Below the pieces are notes generated by a model. The model had not been told where the DNA came from, searched no databases, and saw only the letters and a program-made list of their open reading frames with translations. The position numbers and the translations under genes are program-made. A stretch of 64,000 bases of DNA from a virus. Below, piece by piece: positions 1-10,218 of the stretch; position 1 is the stretch's first letter, and every line of letters begins with the position of its first letter. Location: IMG/VR virus record IMGVR_UViG_3300032401_000001, positions 1 through 64,000 of that record, one strand, 5' to 3'.

Positions 1-256
1 CGCGGATGCTCAAAGGCCGAACCTCAAGGGTATTCGCACCGGACTCCACTACCTGAGCAAGGACCCGGACGAACAAGGTAATCGCACCGTCTGGGCACCG
101 GAGTATCCGTTGCCGGTGCTGCGGACACGTATTCGGGAAGAGATCGAAGCCTGCCTTACCCAAGCAGCAGAGACCGCCGCCATCGGTGAACCACGACCGT
201 GTTGGCGGTGCAAGTCGTGTGGCTACCAACCATCGTGCCCGGCCATGACGAAGTGA
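1..256 (+). CDS. C-terminal fragment of a PD-(D/E)XK (RecB/Cas4-like) exonuclease, 5'-truncated by the window edge
   Basis: Manual translation of frame 2 is open from base 2 to TGA 254-256 and ends ...PCWRCKSCGYQPSCPAMTK*. The C-x2-C-x2-C-x5-C tail resembles the Fe-S ligand tail of phage Cas4-like nucleases; it precedes the primase. Confidence 0.55.
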   Translation, partial: ADAQRPNLKGIRTGLHYLSKDPDEQGNRTVWAPEYPLPVLRTRIREEIEACLTQAAETAAIGEPRPCWRCKSCGYQPSCPAMTK

Positions 257-297
257 TACCGCTTCGCTAAGGGGGCACCTCCGCGCCAGGAGGGTGC

Positions 298-3200
298 ATG
301 CCTGGGAAGAAGAACACGGGGCCTACGGATCCGCAGACCCTGAAGAGGATCGGCGTCGCTTCGATCAAGCGCGTCTGGAACGACATCACGCCCGACCAGT
401 GGCTCGGCTACGTGAAGAACGCGGCTGGAGCGTACAACTGGGTGCGCAAGGGGCCGCGCATCATGGGCCTGTGCCCCTTCCACGACGAGAAGTCCCCGTC
501 GTTCACCATCGACTTCGAGAAGCACTACGCCAAGTGCTTCGGGTGCAAGGCGTTCTTCTGGAACCCCATCACCTTCGTGGCGGCGTTGAAGACCAAGGCC
601 GGCAAGGCGACGACCTACGTCGACGCCATGGTCGATCTGAAGGACACCTACGGGCTCAAGGATTTCCCCGCCAAGGTCATCAACGGGCTCAGCGTGCAGT
701 GGCGGCGCCGCACCATGAAGCGGCTGCTGCACCTGGTCAGCAACGCCGAGTTGTGCGCGGTGGCGCAGCTCTACGACCGGGTCGGCTACGACGCCGCGTC
801 GAGTGACCCGCGCTATGGCTACGCTGCGCGCACGGTGCGATACCTCGACTACCGTGGCATCCCGCGCTCGGCGCCGAACTGGTACGCCGAGCTGCCCATC
901 GGCATGCTGCTGCCGTCGATGGAGCTGGAGCAGCTCCTCAAGGACCGGGCCGAGAAGGAGAACCTCGACAAGGACCAGATGTGGGAGCTGGCCAAGGAGT
1001 ACCTCGACTCCTTCTTCACCAACCCCAGCTTGTGGCAGGGCGCGGTGCTGTACTTCACCGGCGACACGCCCGACCTCCCGAGCCACGTCAAGATCCGGGC
1101 GGTGCCGACGCTGCTGCCGAACGGCATCTTCAGCACCGAGGATGCCAAGCTGGTGCAGTGGGTCAAGGATGAGACCGAAGACCGCCGCGGCATGTTTGGG
1201 CTCTACGGCTGCCCGCCCTACGGGCGCCTGATCGATGCCCAGACGCAGAAGAGCTGCGTCGTCGTCGAGGGCGAGTTCGACATGCTCAGCATCGCGGCGC
1301 AGCAGTTCAACACCCTGCCGCTCAACATCGGCTTCGTCTGCTTCAGCGGCGGCGGCGGGGCCATCGACGGGCTCGACTACCTCAAGGAGTTCGGCTTCGA
1401 GATCGCCTACATCGTCGGCGACAACGATCCCGGCGGCAACGAGTTCGTGAAGAGCGTGCTGGAGAAGACCTTCCACCTGGGCCTGCGCATCTTCACCTGG
1501 CCGGCGGCGTTCACCATCCCGGGCCAGGACAAGATCGACCCGGACGACGCGATGAAGGCGTTCGGCCTCAACACCGTGCAGACGGCGCTGCGCGACCCGT
1601 CGAACTACCAGCTGCCCTACAAGTGGGCGGCCGAACGCGCCTTGTCGGAGATGGTCGGCATCGACCCGCTCGACGTCAGCCAGCTGACCAACCGCGCTTC
1701 CAAGTGGGGCGTCTACGTCCGCGATACGGCGGAGCAGCAGGCCTACGTCGAGGACATCCAGCGGGTCCACCGCACCGTCAACGTCGGCATGATCCTCAGC
1801 AAGATGGCCTCGACCGACGAGCACGAGGAGGCGTTCATCGAACGCATCCGCGGTGTGCTGGCAGCACGACTGTCGGTCCTCGACTGGCTACGTGAAGGCA
1901 ACAACTCGATGCTGCGGGTCTACGACCGCATCACCGATACTCTCTACGACCTGCCTCTCAACGAACCGAAGCGGCTGGCAGCACAGATTGCGGCGCTGTC
2001 TCGCGGCAAGGACATCTATCTCTTCATCCGCAACGAAGTCGGCGAACCCGCCTTCATCATGTCGTATGCCGAGAGCGTGGCCAAAGGCGAGGTCTTCTAT
2101 GCGGACCGTGTCCGCATGCTCGAGCCCTACGTGCAGTGGGCAGTTCAACGCCTCGCCAATGCGCTGCCGGGTACATCGCAAGTGAAGACCATCAGCGCGG
2201 GCACGCACGTCATCGATACGACCGACGAAGACGACAAGACGACCACGACCCTTTACGTGGTAAAGGGCATGAGTCTCTTCAAGGGAACCTACGAAGGCGA
2301 CAGCGACATCCCGCTGTGGCGGAAGTGCAACGGCCCGGCGGATGGCAACGTCGTCATCTACGCTGAGCACGGGCGGCGACCACTCGACGCCTATCCGCTG
2401 TACAAGGACGAGGACGACTTCAATCGGGTGCCCCGGTTGTCTTTCCGGGAGCTCTACGATCTGGTCTACCGGATCCTCAGCACCGGTTGGCGTTTCAAGC
2501 ACCACGAGAACACGGCGCACTTCATGGCCGCGTTCATCCTGCAAGGCTTCATTGCCGACGCCTTCGCCCGCCAACCTCTGCTCATGATCACGGCGGAGCA
2601 CAGCAGCGGTAAGACGTTCCTCGTCGGTGGTCTGATCGGACGTACCTCCAAACCCGCCATCAACATCGTTCAGCCGGCATTGTGGATGGACAACTACACC
2701 GTCGCCGGGGTGCGCCAGGCGATGAACAACTCGACAATCACGCTGTGCCTCGACGAGTTCGAGGACAAGGGCTTGGCGCACGACCCGAAGAGCCAGACGG
2801 TGCAGCGTTTGTCACAGCACTTCCGGGGACTGGCTAACGAAGCGGGCCGGACCATCCAAGGTAGCGTGAACGGACAGCCGGTCGAATACAGCGTGCATCA
2901 CCCCGTCTGGTTGGCCGGCATTCGCCAGACGCAGCTGCCGGAGGACCTCTCCCGCACCATCATGATCGAGATGGATCGGCAGGAGAATCGGCCCACTCCG
3001 GAGGTGCTCCTCCTAGAGGCCTTCGGTGCGCTCACCATTCGCAAGCTTCGTGAAGATGCGCCGTTGATCATGTGGCGCGAACTCCGGGCGCTGCGACGTA
3101 TCTACAACGACGTCGCTGAGCAGTACAAGTACGGCGCCGGTGTCGAGTTCAGCGACATCTCACGTAGCCGTGAGCACTACTACGGCGCGTTGGCGATCAT

Positions 3201-3903
3201 GAAGCACGCCGGCGTCGAGTACGACGTGCTCTTCCGCGACCACTTCCGGCTCAACCGGACCTACCTGTCGCGCATTGCACGTAGCTCGCTGAGCGGGGAC
3301 ATCCTCACGACCGTGCTATCAGTCCCTGCGGTGCGCATGCCCGACATGGGTGACACGGTGCAGCGAACGGTGGGATCGATCCTCAACAGTCCCACCCCGG
3401 AGAACCTCAATCGTACCGCTTCGGGCTGCTACTACGACAAGGAACTGGAAGCGATAGTCATCGACTTCGCGCTGGCGCGCTTCACGATCCTGAGCAGCGT
3501 TCAGGAGTACAGCCATCGGCCGGCAGATTGGCTGAAGGCCCATTCGGTGCGTAACCACTACTACATCAGCGACGAGACGCTGCGCCAGAGCGGAGCTCTG
3601 GATCGTCTCTTGCCCTACATGACACGCGGCAGCCGCATGGAAAACGTGGCCGCGTTCAAGGTGACCGAGTACCTCGACGACGCCGCGCAGTCCCGTACTC
3701 CGGGCAAGTTGAAAGGTATGGAGGACATCGACATGTCACAGGAGTACGCCGAGCAGTTGAAGACGGCCGTGTTCTCGAAGCCCGAAGACGTGCTGGGCAA
3801 GAAGGAAGCCGCGGGAGCGGGTACAAGCACGGGCGACGGCGCGTCTGACACCTCGACGCCACCGCCGAAGAAGGGTGTCAAGGATGACGATTTCAACTAC
3901 TAG
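298..3903 (+). CDS. DNA primase-helicase fusion (CHC2 zinc finger + TOPRIM + P-loop NTPase)
   Basis: 1201 aa. [11 protein letters not shown]...CFGC zinc-binding domain, TOPRIM motifs VVEGEFD and IVGDNDPGG, Walker A AEHSSGKT, Walker B CLDEFE. SD AGGAGG precedes the ATG. Confidence 0.85.
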   Translation: MPGKKNTGPTDPQTLKRIGVASIKRVWNDITPDQWLGYVKNAAGAYNWVRKGPRIMGLCPFHDEKSPSFTIDFEKHYAKCFGCKAFFWNPITFVAALKTKAGKATTYVDAMVDLKDTYGLKDFPAKVINGLSVQWRRRTMKRLLHLVSNAELCAVAQLYDRVGYDAASSDPRYGYAARTVRYLDYRGIPRSAPNWYAELPIGMLLPSMELEQLLKDRAEKENLDKDQMWELAKEYLDSFFTNPSLWQGAVLYFTGDTPDLPSHVKIRAVPTLLPNGIFSTEDAKLVQWVKDETEDRRGMFGLYGCPPYGRLIDAQTQKSCVVVEGEFDMLSIAAQQFNTLPLNIGFVCFSGGGGAIDGLDYLKEFGFEIAYIVGDNDPGGNEFVKSVLEKTFHLGLRIFTWPAAFTIPGQDKIDPDDAMKAFGLNTVQTALRDPSNYQLPYKWAAERALSEMVGIDPLDVSQLTNRASKWGVYVRDTAEQQAYVEDIQRVHRTVNVGMILSKMASTDEHEEAFIERIRGVLAARLSVLDWLREGNNSMLRVYDRITDTLYDLPLNEPKRLAAQIAALSRGKDIYLFIRNEVGEPAFIMSYAESVAKGEVFYADRVRMLEPYVQWAVQRLANALPGTSQVKTISAGTHVIDTTDEDDKTTTTLYVVKGMSLFKGTYEGDSDIPLWRKCNGPADGNVVIYAEHGRRPLDAYPLYKDEDDFNRVPRLSFRELYDLVYRILSTGWRFKHHENTAHFMAAFILQGFIADAFARQPLLMITAEHSSGKTFLVGGLIGRTSKPAINIVQPALWMDNYTVAGVRQAMNNSTITLCLDEFEDKGLAHDPKSQTVQRLSQHFRGLANEAGRTIQGSVNGQPVEYSVHHPVWLAGIRQTQLPEDLSRTIMIEMDRQENRPTPEVLLLEAFGALTIRKLREDAPLIMWRELRALRRIYNDVAEQYKYGAGVEFSDISRSREHYYGALAIMKHAGVEYDVLFRDHFRLNRTYLSRIARSSLSGDILTTVLSVPAVRMPDMGDTVQRTVGSILNSPTPENLNRTASGCYYDKELEAIVIDFALARFTILSSVQEYSHRPADWLKAHSVRNHYYISDETLRQSGALDRLLPYMTRGSRMENVAAFKVTEYLDDAAQSRTPGKLKGMEDIDMSQEYAEQLKTAVFSKPEDVLGKKEAAGAGTSTGDGASDTSTPPPKKGVKDDDFNY
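2251..2265. promoter_or_regulatory. Palindromic motif CTTTAC-GTG-GTAAAG (copy 1, inside the primase-helicase CDS)
   Basis: Read directly. Encoded with AT-rich codons CTT and GTA in a CDS that mostly uses G/C third positions. Confidence 0.55.
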
Positions 3904-6900
3904 GCCCGAAGTCAATGATCCGGCCCGGGCGGCGGGCAAGCCGGCGCACTGCAGCAGTTGTCCCTTCTACGCCTACGCCTACGTTCCCGACGCGAGCGAA
4001 CACGAAGCGCGTGTCTTGTTTGTCGGTGACCATCCGGCCATCGCTTCTCCTCACGGTGGCAACGCATTTCAGGACCGGGCGGGCATCGTGGTACGGATGG
4101 CACTCGGGCGGATTCGCGCGCGGTATTCGCGGCTACCCGATGGACCGGATCGACTCGACAAGCTGCGCATCTACTACACCTACGCGGTCCAGTGCATGAC
4201 GGACGACCGCGTACCGAAGGAAGTGACGGCGCACTGCCGCCACCGTCTCGAAGAGACCATCGTTCGCATCCAACCCGACATCATCGTCGCCTTCGGCGCG
4301 GATGCTGCGCGCAGCGTCTTGGGGCGCAGCAAGATGCGCTTCGATGACCTGCGCGGCACAGCGTCACTGCTTACGTTGCCGCGACATGAGAAATCCTTCA
4401 ACGTCTACGTCACCTACTCGCCCAAGGCGGTCCTGGCGCAGCAGGGGCTCTTCCGTGAACTGGAACGCGACCTGCAGAACGCATTTCTCCTCGCCGAAGG
4501 TCGGTTGGATCAACACCGGCATTCCGAAGAGTTCCTCCGGCAGCACTACCAGTTCCCGCACACGGTGGCTGAAGTGCAGGACCTCTGCGACGAGATCATC
4601 AACTACGCCAACGAAGGTGATCCGCCGGGTAAGCACATGATCTCGGTCGACACCGAGACGACTTCGTTGGAGCCTTACGCTCCGGACTTCCGCATCATCT
4701 GTATCTCGTTCGCCTGGGCAGAACTGAAGGCGACTTCGATCGTCCTCGATCATCCGCAGGCGTGGTGGTCGCCGGAAGAACTGGCGCAGGTGAAACAACA
4801 TGTGCAACGTGTGCTGGCCTGTCCGAAGCCGAAGGTGTTGCACAACGGCCAGTTCGACGTTCAAGGGATCTGTCACCACTACGGTTGGCCCCTCGAGAAC
4901 TTCGTGTGGGACACGATGGGCGCTGAGCACTTGCTCGAAGAGGACAAGCAAGGTGCGTATGGCCTCAAGATGCTCACCCGGGTTCGCCTACCTGCCTACG
5001 CAGGCTACGAGGACAAGGTGGCGGAGCTGCGCGAGACGCACGGCAGCATGACCCGCGCACAGGCCAACAAAGCGTTCCGCCGTGCCGTCGATCAGTACCA
5101 GCATGCGCTGGTGGAGTACACGACGCAGCAGACCGCCTACGAGCAGGAACGCGCCAGCTATGACGCTACGTTGTCGAAGTGGCGCGAGAAGTTCACGACC
5201 GAGAAAGCTCGGGCCGCGGCGGCGCGCAAGACCGGCGAGACCAACCGAGAATTGCGCCGCATACGGCAGTCGGTGTTAGACAAGAAGCCGAAGGCACCGT
5301 TGCGGCCGCATCCGCCGGAAGAACCCGTGCATCAGCTGCCTTTCGACTACACCATGATTCCACTGCCGCAGTTGGAGTTGTACGCGGCCGTTGACGCCGA
5401 TGTGACTCGCCAACACGTCCTTCATCAGCACAAGCGCCTGGACACGGAGTATGCCAACGACGTGACGCTGCGGGCGTCGCTACAAGCTGCGCCGCCGCCG
5501 GCACCAGTACGCCGACTCATGCGGGAGCACGTACTCCCCACGAGCCAGACACTGGCGGCGATGGAGTACACCGGTTTCCCGGTGGACTTGGGCTACCTGG
5601 AGGAACTCGACAAGAAGCTGGAGATCGTCGCTCGGGAAACCGAAGAGAAGATCTACCAGCTCGCGGGACAGCGCTTCGTTCTGGGAAACCCCCAGGAGGT
5701 CATCCGGATCATCTTCAACGACGGGTTCTACGAGGAAGGCGCCAAGGTTCGTGTTGATGCGGGCAGTGCGAAGATTGCCCGTACTCCGAAGGGACAGATC
5801 AAAGCTGACGAGAAGGCTCTGCTGTACGTGGCCAACACGTACAAGTACGACTTCCCTCGCCTCTTGGTACGGCATCGCAAAGCGTGCAAGGCGCGGTCAC
5901 CGTTCCTCACGAATGTGCGTGAGCACGCAGTCATCGATGGCCGTATGCACCCGAGTTTCCATCTCGTCGGGACGTGTACAGGACGGACCAGCTCTTCAGG
6001 TGAGAACATGCAGAACATCCCGAAGAAGCTGGCCGACGTCAACATCAAGAAGATCTTCATCCCGCTCGAAGGCCACGTGCTCTGTAACGTCGATGCGAAG
6101 GGCGCCGAGGTACGGCTCTTCGCCGCCTATTCGAACGACGCCGAGCTCATCAAGTCCATCAACGACGGTCTTGATACTCACTCCTACTTCACTGCGGAGG
6201 TCTACCCCGATCGCTTCACGTATGCCTACATCGAGCAGCAGCGACAGACGCTCGATGACATCGTCGACCGCAAGATCGAGCTCGCCAAGACTGGGTTGAA
6301 GCTGTCTGCGGAGGACGTCGCCGCGCTGGCCGTGGCTGAAGCCGTGGTCAAGCAGCGCACCAACACCAAGCGTGTCGTGTTCGGTACGCTCTACGGGGCG
6401 CAGGCTGCGAAGATTGCTGAGACTGCTGGTATCAGCAAGGACGAAGCCCAGAAGGTCATCGACGGCCTCTTCCGGCGGTATCCTTCGATCCCCGCCTACA
6501 TCCAGGCGACTGAGATTGAGGTCAAGGCGTTCCACAACATCTACACCTATACGGGGCGGAAGCGCCGGTTCCCGTTGGCGGATCGCCAATCCTTCGCTTC
6601 ACGCTGCTTTCGTCAAGCCGTCAACTTCAAGATCCAGTCGACCAGCAGTGACATCGTGCTGTGGGTCCTCAACCAAGTCTTTCCGGTCATCTCTCGTGAT
6701 CTGCGGGGCTTCTTCCACGCGACGGTACACGACAGTCTCGTCTTCAGCGTGCCGCCACAGTACGTCTCTCAGGTGCCCGAGGTGATGCGTGAGTACGGGA
6801 CGCGCCGTGTTGCCGAAGCTTGTCCTTGGCTCCCGGTGTCTTTCCTGTGGGACGTGGAAGTTGGACCGAGCTACGGTGAAACGGTTGACATCAAGAAGTA

Positions 6901-7024
6901 CCTCGAGAAACATCCACTGCCGGCACCCACTACCACCACAGGAGACCTCGATGAGCAAGGGGAAGACGAAGTCGTCACGGACGATGAGTTCCGATCCGAA
7001 ATCCAAGAAGTCGCCACTGAATGA
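3875..7024 (+). CDS. polA: Family A DNA polymerase with 3'-5' exonuclease and an N-terminal family-4 UDG-like domain
   Basis: ExoI SVDTETT, ExoII LHNGQFD, ExoIII YAAVDAD; motif [11 protein letters not shown], motif [12 protein letters not shown], motif C ATVHDS. N-terminus CSSCPF...LFVGDHP...[10 protein letters not shown]...TYSP is UDG4-like. Start may be ATG 3884. Confidence 0.93.
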   Translation: MSRMTISTTRPEVNDPARAAGKPAHCSSCPFYAYAYVPDASEHEARVLFVGDHPAIASPHGGNAFQDRAGIVVRMALGRIRARYSRLPDGPDRLDKLRIYYTYAVQCMTDDRVPKEVTAHCRHRLEETIVRIQPDIIVAFGADAARSVLGRSKMRFDDLRGTASLLTLPRHEKSFNVYVTYSPKAVLAQQGLFRELERDLQNAFLLAEGRLDQHRHSEEFLRQHYQFPHTVAEVQDLCDEIINYANEGDPPGKHMISVDTETTSLEPYAPDFRIICISFAWAELKATSIVLDHPQAWWSPEELAQVKQHVQRVLACPKPKVLHNGQFDVQGICHHYGWPLENFVWDTMGAEHLLEEDKQGAYGLKMLTRVRLPAYAGYEDKVAELRETHGSMTRAQANKAFRRAVDQYQHALVEYTTQQTAYEQERASYDATLSKWREKFTTEKARAAAARKTGETNRELRRIRQSVLDKKPKAPLRPHPPEEPVHQLPFDYTMIPLPQLELYAAVDADVTRQHVLHQHKRLDTEYANDVTLRASLQAAPPPAPVRRLMREHVLPTSQTLAAMEYTGFPVDLGYLEELDKKLEIVARETEEKIYQLAGQRFVLGNPQEVIRIIFNDGFYEEGAKVRVDAGSAKIARTPKGQIKADEKALLYVANTYKYDFPRLLVRHRKACKARSPFLTNVREHAVIDGRMHPSFHLVGTCTGRTSSSGENMQNIPKKLADVNIKKIFIPLEGHVLCNVDAKGAEVRLFAAYSNDAELIKSINDGLDTHSYFTAEVYPDRFTYAYIEQQRQTLDDIVDRKIELAKTGLKLSAEDVAALAVAEAVVKQRTNTKRVVFGTLYGAQAAKIAETAGISKDEAQKVIDGLFRRYPSIPAYIQATEIEVKAFHNIYTYTGRKRRFPLADRQSFASRCFRQAVNFKIQSTSSDIVLWVLNQVFPVISRDLRGFFHATVHDSLVFSVPPQYVSQVPEVMREYGTRRVAEACPWLPVSFLWDVEVGPSYGETVDIKKYLEKHPLPAPTTTTGDLDEQGEDEVVTDDEFRSEIQEVATE

Positions 7025-7835
7025 AGCTGAGACCGTCGAAGCGGAGGTCGGCGGCCACAAGCTGGAGTTGATACGCTTCGTGATCGGTAAGCGTGGCGAG
7101 ACGCGTATCATGTCGAACGACGACTTGGCCAAGGTGCCGGCGGAGGCCATCATCAAGGTGGAAGCCGTGCCGCCGCCGCCGTTCCAGAAGCCAGAGCCAC
7201 TCGTACCGCCGCCGCTCAGCGAAGGCGTCGAACCCACGACGGAGTACACTGCGGCGGTTGAAGCACACGCCCAGTGGGAGACGGACAAGGCGGAGTGGGA
7301 GACGCTCCACCCAGTCGATGACAACTTCAAGCAGGTGTCGGTGTGGATGGGCGTCTATCAGATCGCCAAGGCGATGCTGGACGGCCAGGAGATGAAGGTC
7401 TTCCATACCGTACGAGGTCCGATCCTCGGACTGGTCACGAGCGAAGACCTCCACCGGGCCTACCTGCACAGCCCCTGCTTCATCGATCCGAACATCGAAC
7501 GCGGTCGGGTTCACTACCTCCCGATCGCTTTCGCGGGCTTCGAGTTCATCCTCTACAAGATGAACTGCATCGGCGAGTCGGTGCCGCAGCTGTCCGAGCT
7601 CATGGGTTACCCGGCGTTCATCGACGCCAACCGCCGTGGGTTCTACCAGTTCCGGATGCGCGCCGCCTACCACCACATCGAAGCTGATCTGCCGGAAGAC
7701 GCGCCGGTGCTGTCCGTCTCTACCGACGTGCGCGCACATCAAGAAGGACTTGTGCCTACGTCGGATTCCCGCGAAGAGCAGGTCATCGACAAGACACGCG
7801 CCATCAATGCCGCGCGTGCCACCCCTCAGTCGTAG
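6951..7835 (+). CDS. Hypothetical protein (Pro/acidic linker, possible Sm-like C-terminal domain)
   Basis: ATG 6951 follows SD AGGAG, inside ORF 6789..7835, and overlaps the pol 3' end. Coding-like composition. Confidence 0.65.
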   Translation: MSKGKTKSSRTMSSDPKSKKSPLNEAETVEAEVGGHKLELIRFVIGKRGETRIMSNDDLAKVPAEAIIKVEAVPPPPFQKPEPLVPPPLSEGVEPTTEYTAAVEAHAQWETDKAEWETLHPVDDNFKQVSVWMGVYQIAKAMLDGQEMKVFHTVRGPILGLVTSEDLHRAYLHSPCFIDPNIERGRVHYLPIAFAGFEFILYKMNCIGESVPQLSELMGYPAFIDANRRGFYQFRMRAAYHHIEADLPEDAPVLSVSTDVRAHQEGLVPTSDSREEQVIDKTRAINAARATPQS

Positions 7836-7883
7836 TGTAGTGTCGTAGCCACCGTGCACGGCATGCGATCCAGTACCGTCCTG

Positions 7884-7913
7884 AAAAGGCTGCCGGCGCC
7901 ACGCCGGCTTTTT
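7884..7913 (+). terminator. Possible intrinsic terminator of the polymerase operon (also the first hairpin of the ncRNA candidate)
   Basis: GCCGGC-GCCAC-GCCGGC stem followed by TTTTT, ~50 nt after the stop at 7835. Confidence 0.4.
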
Positions 7914-8039
7914 GGCCTGCGGTCTTCGACCGGATCGGATCCGATCGAACCGCTATCGCGAATTCCGCGCGAAATAGGCCGTCTTCACCGCCGGCGAGCT
8001 CCTCGACGTCATCTCGAGGCGGCCGCCGCGGCCCGCCGC

Positions 8040-8430
8040 AACGAAGTGGATCGCTTTCACCCAGAGCACTCGAAAGTGCTGGCGGCGTTACGTCGCCACT
8101 GCTGCGCTTTACTGCGTAAACCGACGAACTCGGCCTCGAGCTCCTCGGCGAAACGAAGTGGGATGCCATCGCTGACGATCACGTCCTCCGCCGGCGAAAA
8201 AGGCAAACGAAGTGGGCAGTGCACGGTAGATACGCCACACCCGGTCTAGTTAGTCCTGCAAAGGCCGCCGGTGCCACGCCGGCATTCAGGTCTGGTTCTC
8301 TGCGAGAACCCTGATCTGATCGGATCCGCCGCGACGAGCTACTCCACTCCTCGTGCAGTTCCCGCGGTTATCGAGACGCCGAACCACCTGCCGACCTCGA
8401 GGACCTGCCGCGTCGCTTCCAACGAAGTAG
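8040..8430 (+). repeat. Four dispersed AACGAAGT(G/A)G motifs
   Basis: Copies at 8040-8049, 8152-8161, 8206-8215 and 8421-8430. Confidence 0.8.
8107..8121. promoter_or_regulatory. Palindromic motif CTTTAC-TGC-GTAAAC (copy 2, inside the non-coding region)
   Basis: Read directly. Confidence 0.6.
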
Positions 8431-8667
8431 ACCGGTTTCTCAGTCCCTGGTAAAGAACTGCTGTTGGGAGAGGGTGTGACCCACCAGTGGCCCGACGACG
8501 CTACGTCGTCATCTGTGCAGCCAAGAGTTGCAGCGCGAGTACCGGAAGCACTTCCCTTCGAGAACTCGCTGCGGCGGCTTCGGTTTCCTTTCCGTGGCGC
8601 GAAGCCCCGGAAAGCAAACCTCGCCTTCTTGCAAGCTCTCGAAGGCGCGCACTATCGTAGCAGGGAC

Positions 8668-10218
8668 TCAACCAGTGAAAGTCAGGTCCATCAGCAGCAC
8701 CTTGGCGGCGAGCCAGCCGAAGAGCTGTGCGTGGAAGCAGTCATCCGGCTGGGTCGGCGCATGCCGCCAGACCTTCTTGCCGTTGACCGTGACCTCCTCG
8801 TAGATGTTGAGGATGTCGGTGATCGGTTCAAGCATGCAGCTGAGCCGGGGAAAGATGACGCCCTGGCGCTTCAGCACCATGAAGTAGTTGTCCATCAACG
8901 TGGTGCGGTCTGCGGTGTAGAACAACCCCTTCTCGTTCCAGGAAATCGTCCGGGCCTGAGCGCCGTACATCACCTGAGAGACGCGGTTCGACCCCAGACG
9001 CTGCGCCAAGAGATCGTTCGCCAGGTGGCCTTCACCACGATCACCGATCACCAGCTCGACGTGGTGAGCTTGCAAAGCTTCCGCCACGTCGTCGACGATG
9101 CTCACCGGACTGGTGATGGGATAGACGCGGTAGTAGAGCGTGCGCAACTGGTGGTTCTTGGTGACCGCCCAGATCCAGACGACGGTACGCGACACGCCTT
9201 CTGTACCACCGCCCGACCAGTCCACGCCGCCGACGACATGGCGGTACTCCATGTTGATGCCCGGCGAGGGTTGCCGGTAAATGTCGTAGTCCTCGCACAG
9301 CGCCTCGAGCTCCTGCTTCGAGATGATGCGCGCGCCGAGAGCATCGCTGATGCCCAGGACCTCGTTCTTGAACTTGGTGTCGCTGTAGCGCGCGAGCTTG
9401 GTCAGGATGCGCTGCCAGCGGTTGGGCTGCTCAGCGTTGCGCGGCAGGATGAGCTGGGGGATGTGGAAACCGGTCAGGGTTGCTTCCGGCTTGAAAGAGT
9501 ACCACTGTCCGTTACGCGGGTTCAGGGCGTGGTCGCACTTCACGCACACGGGACCAACCTTGCCCACCGCTTTCGCGTTATCGATGAAGCTGTAACGACC
9601 ACACCCATCGCACTTCATGATCCACTCGTTCTGAGTCGAGATGGACCAGAGGTACTCGATGGTGTTCTCCATGGTCTTGGGCGTGCCGGCGTACGTCTCG
9701 TAGCCGTACTCCGAGTTGCCCATACATTCGTTTATGACCGGGATAACCGGTTCATAGAGGATGTCTTGCACCTCGTCGTAGCAGCAACGGTCCGCGGTGT
9801 TGCCACGCGCGCGGTCAGGATCGTCGAGCGCGTAGGTGAACGAGATCTCGGAGCCATTGCGGAACATACGCAGCATGGTCCGTTGACTCAGCTCGGAAGC
9901 GTCGACCCAGTACTGCTTGATCAGTGGCGAGTAGAGACACACCTTGCCGACGCGGGTATTGGAGAACTTGCGGGTCTGCTCTTGCGACGGTGACACGTAC
10001 AAGCTGCGAAAATGACTGGTGCCGATGCCTTCGCTGATGAGGAAGTTGCACAGCGTCGTCGACTTCGCGACTTGCCGGCCCGACTTCAGCAGCATGCCTT
10101 GGTAGTTACCGTCGTAGATGGCGTGGTAGAAGGGGTAGTCCCCGAGCGAGAACGGTTGTCCATCCAGGTACAGCAGGTGCTGCGCCAAGTCCGAGCGCAG
10201 TTGTGGAGGAATATCCAT
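8668..10218 (-). CDS. terL: Terminase large subunit (GpA-like, with zinc finger)
   Basis: Walker A LLKSGRQVAKST, RARGNTAD, Walker B CYDEVQD, YAGTP coupling motif, CDGC...CVKC zinc finger, nuclease motif GGVDWSGGG, C-terminal PDDCFHA. Start ATG 10218 or GTG 10242. Confidence 0.88.
   Translation of the reverse strand: MDIPPQLRSDLAQHLLYLDGQPFSLGDYPFYHAIYDGNYQGMLLKSGRQVAKSTTLCNFLISEGIGTSHFRSLYVSPSQEQTRKFSNTRVGKVCLYSPLIKQYWVDASELSQRTMLRMFRNGSEISFTYALDDPDRARGNTADRCCYDEVQDILYEPVIPVINECMGNSEYGYETYAGTPKTMENTIEYLWSISTQNEWIMKCDGCGRYSFIDNAKAVGKVGPVCVKCDHALNPRNGQWYSFKPEATLTGFHIPQLILPRNAEQPNRWQRILTKLARYSDTKFKNEVLGISDALGARIISKQELEALCEDYDIYRQPSPGINMEYRHVVGGVDWSGGGTEGVSRTVVWIWAVTKNHQLRTLYYRVYPITSPVSIVDDVAEALQAHHVELVIGDRGEGHLANDLLAQRLGSNRVSQVMYGAQARTISWNEKGLFYTADRTTLMDNYFMVLKRQGVIFPRLSCMLEPITDILNIYEEVTVNGKKVWRHAPTQPDDCFHAQLFGWLAAKVLLMDLTFTG

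Larger units (their letters stand above)
7836..8667 (+). ncRNA. Candidate large structured non-coding RNA with two duplicated modules (alternative: replication origin or packaging element)
   Basis: 832 nt between convergent genes with no credible CDS, dense in hairpins. Repeats at 7878-7908/8253-8283 (28/31 identical), 7933-7943/8318-8328, 8039-8058/8420-8439 (17/20) and 8081-8097/8494-8510. Stem differences give G-U or compensatory pairs on the + strand. Confidence 0.55.

Noticed and set aside
223-1824. 533-aa - strand ORF
   Set aside because: Antisense shadow of the primase-helicase, produced by GC3-biased codons; no motifs.
5020-5345. Intein in the DNA polymerase
   Set aside because: No N-terminal C/S block, no C-terminal HN, no LAGLIDADG motif; it is a coiled-coil insert.
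7804-8169. 121-aa - strand ORF (and + ORFs 7854..8249, 8271..8453) in the non-coding block; AGVAPAAF(S/A)G appears twice on the - strand
   Set aside because: No SD, atypical composition and it runs into the upstream gene. The repeat differences are better explained by RNA stem G-U pairing on the + strand. Not fully excluded.
8040-8430. Possible CRISPR mini-array
   Set aside because: The repeat is only 10 nt, spacings are irregular (54-215 nt) and there is no cas operon. The Cas4-like fragment at 1-256 fits a phage recombination exonuclease.
8464-9993. 509-aa + strand ORF
   Set aside because: Antisense shadow of terL; no motifs.
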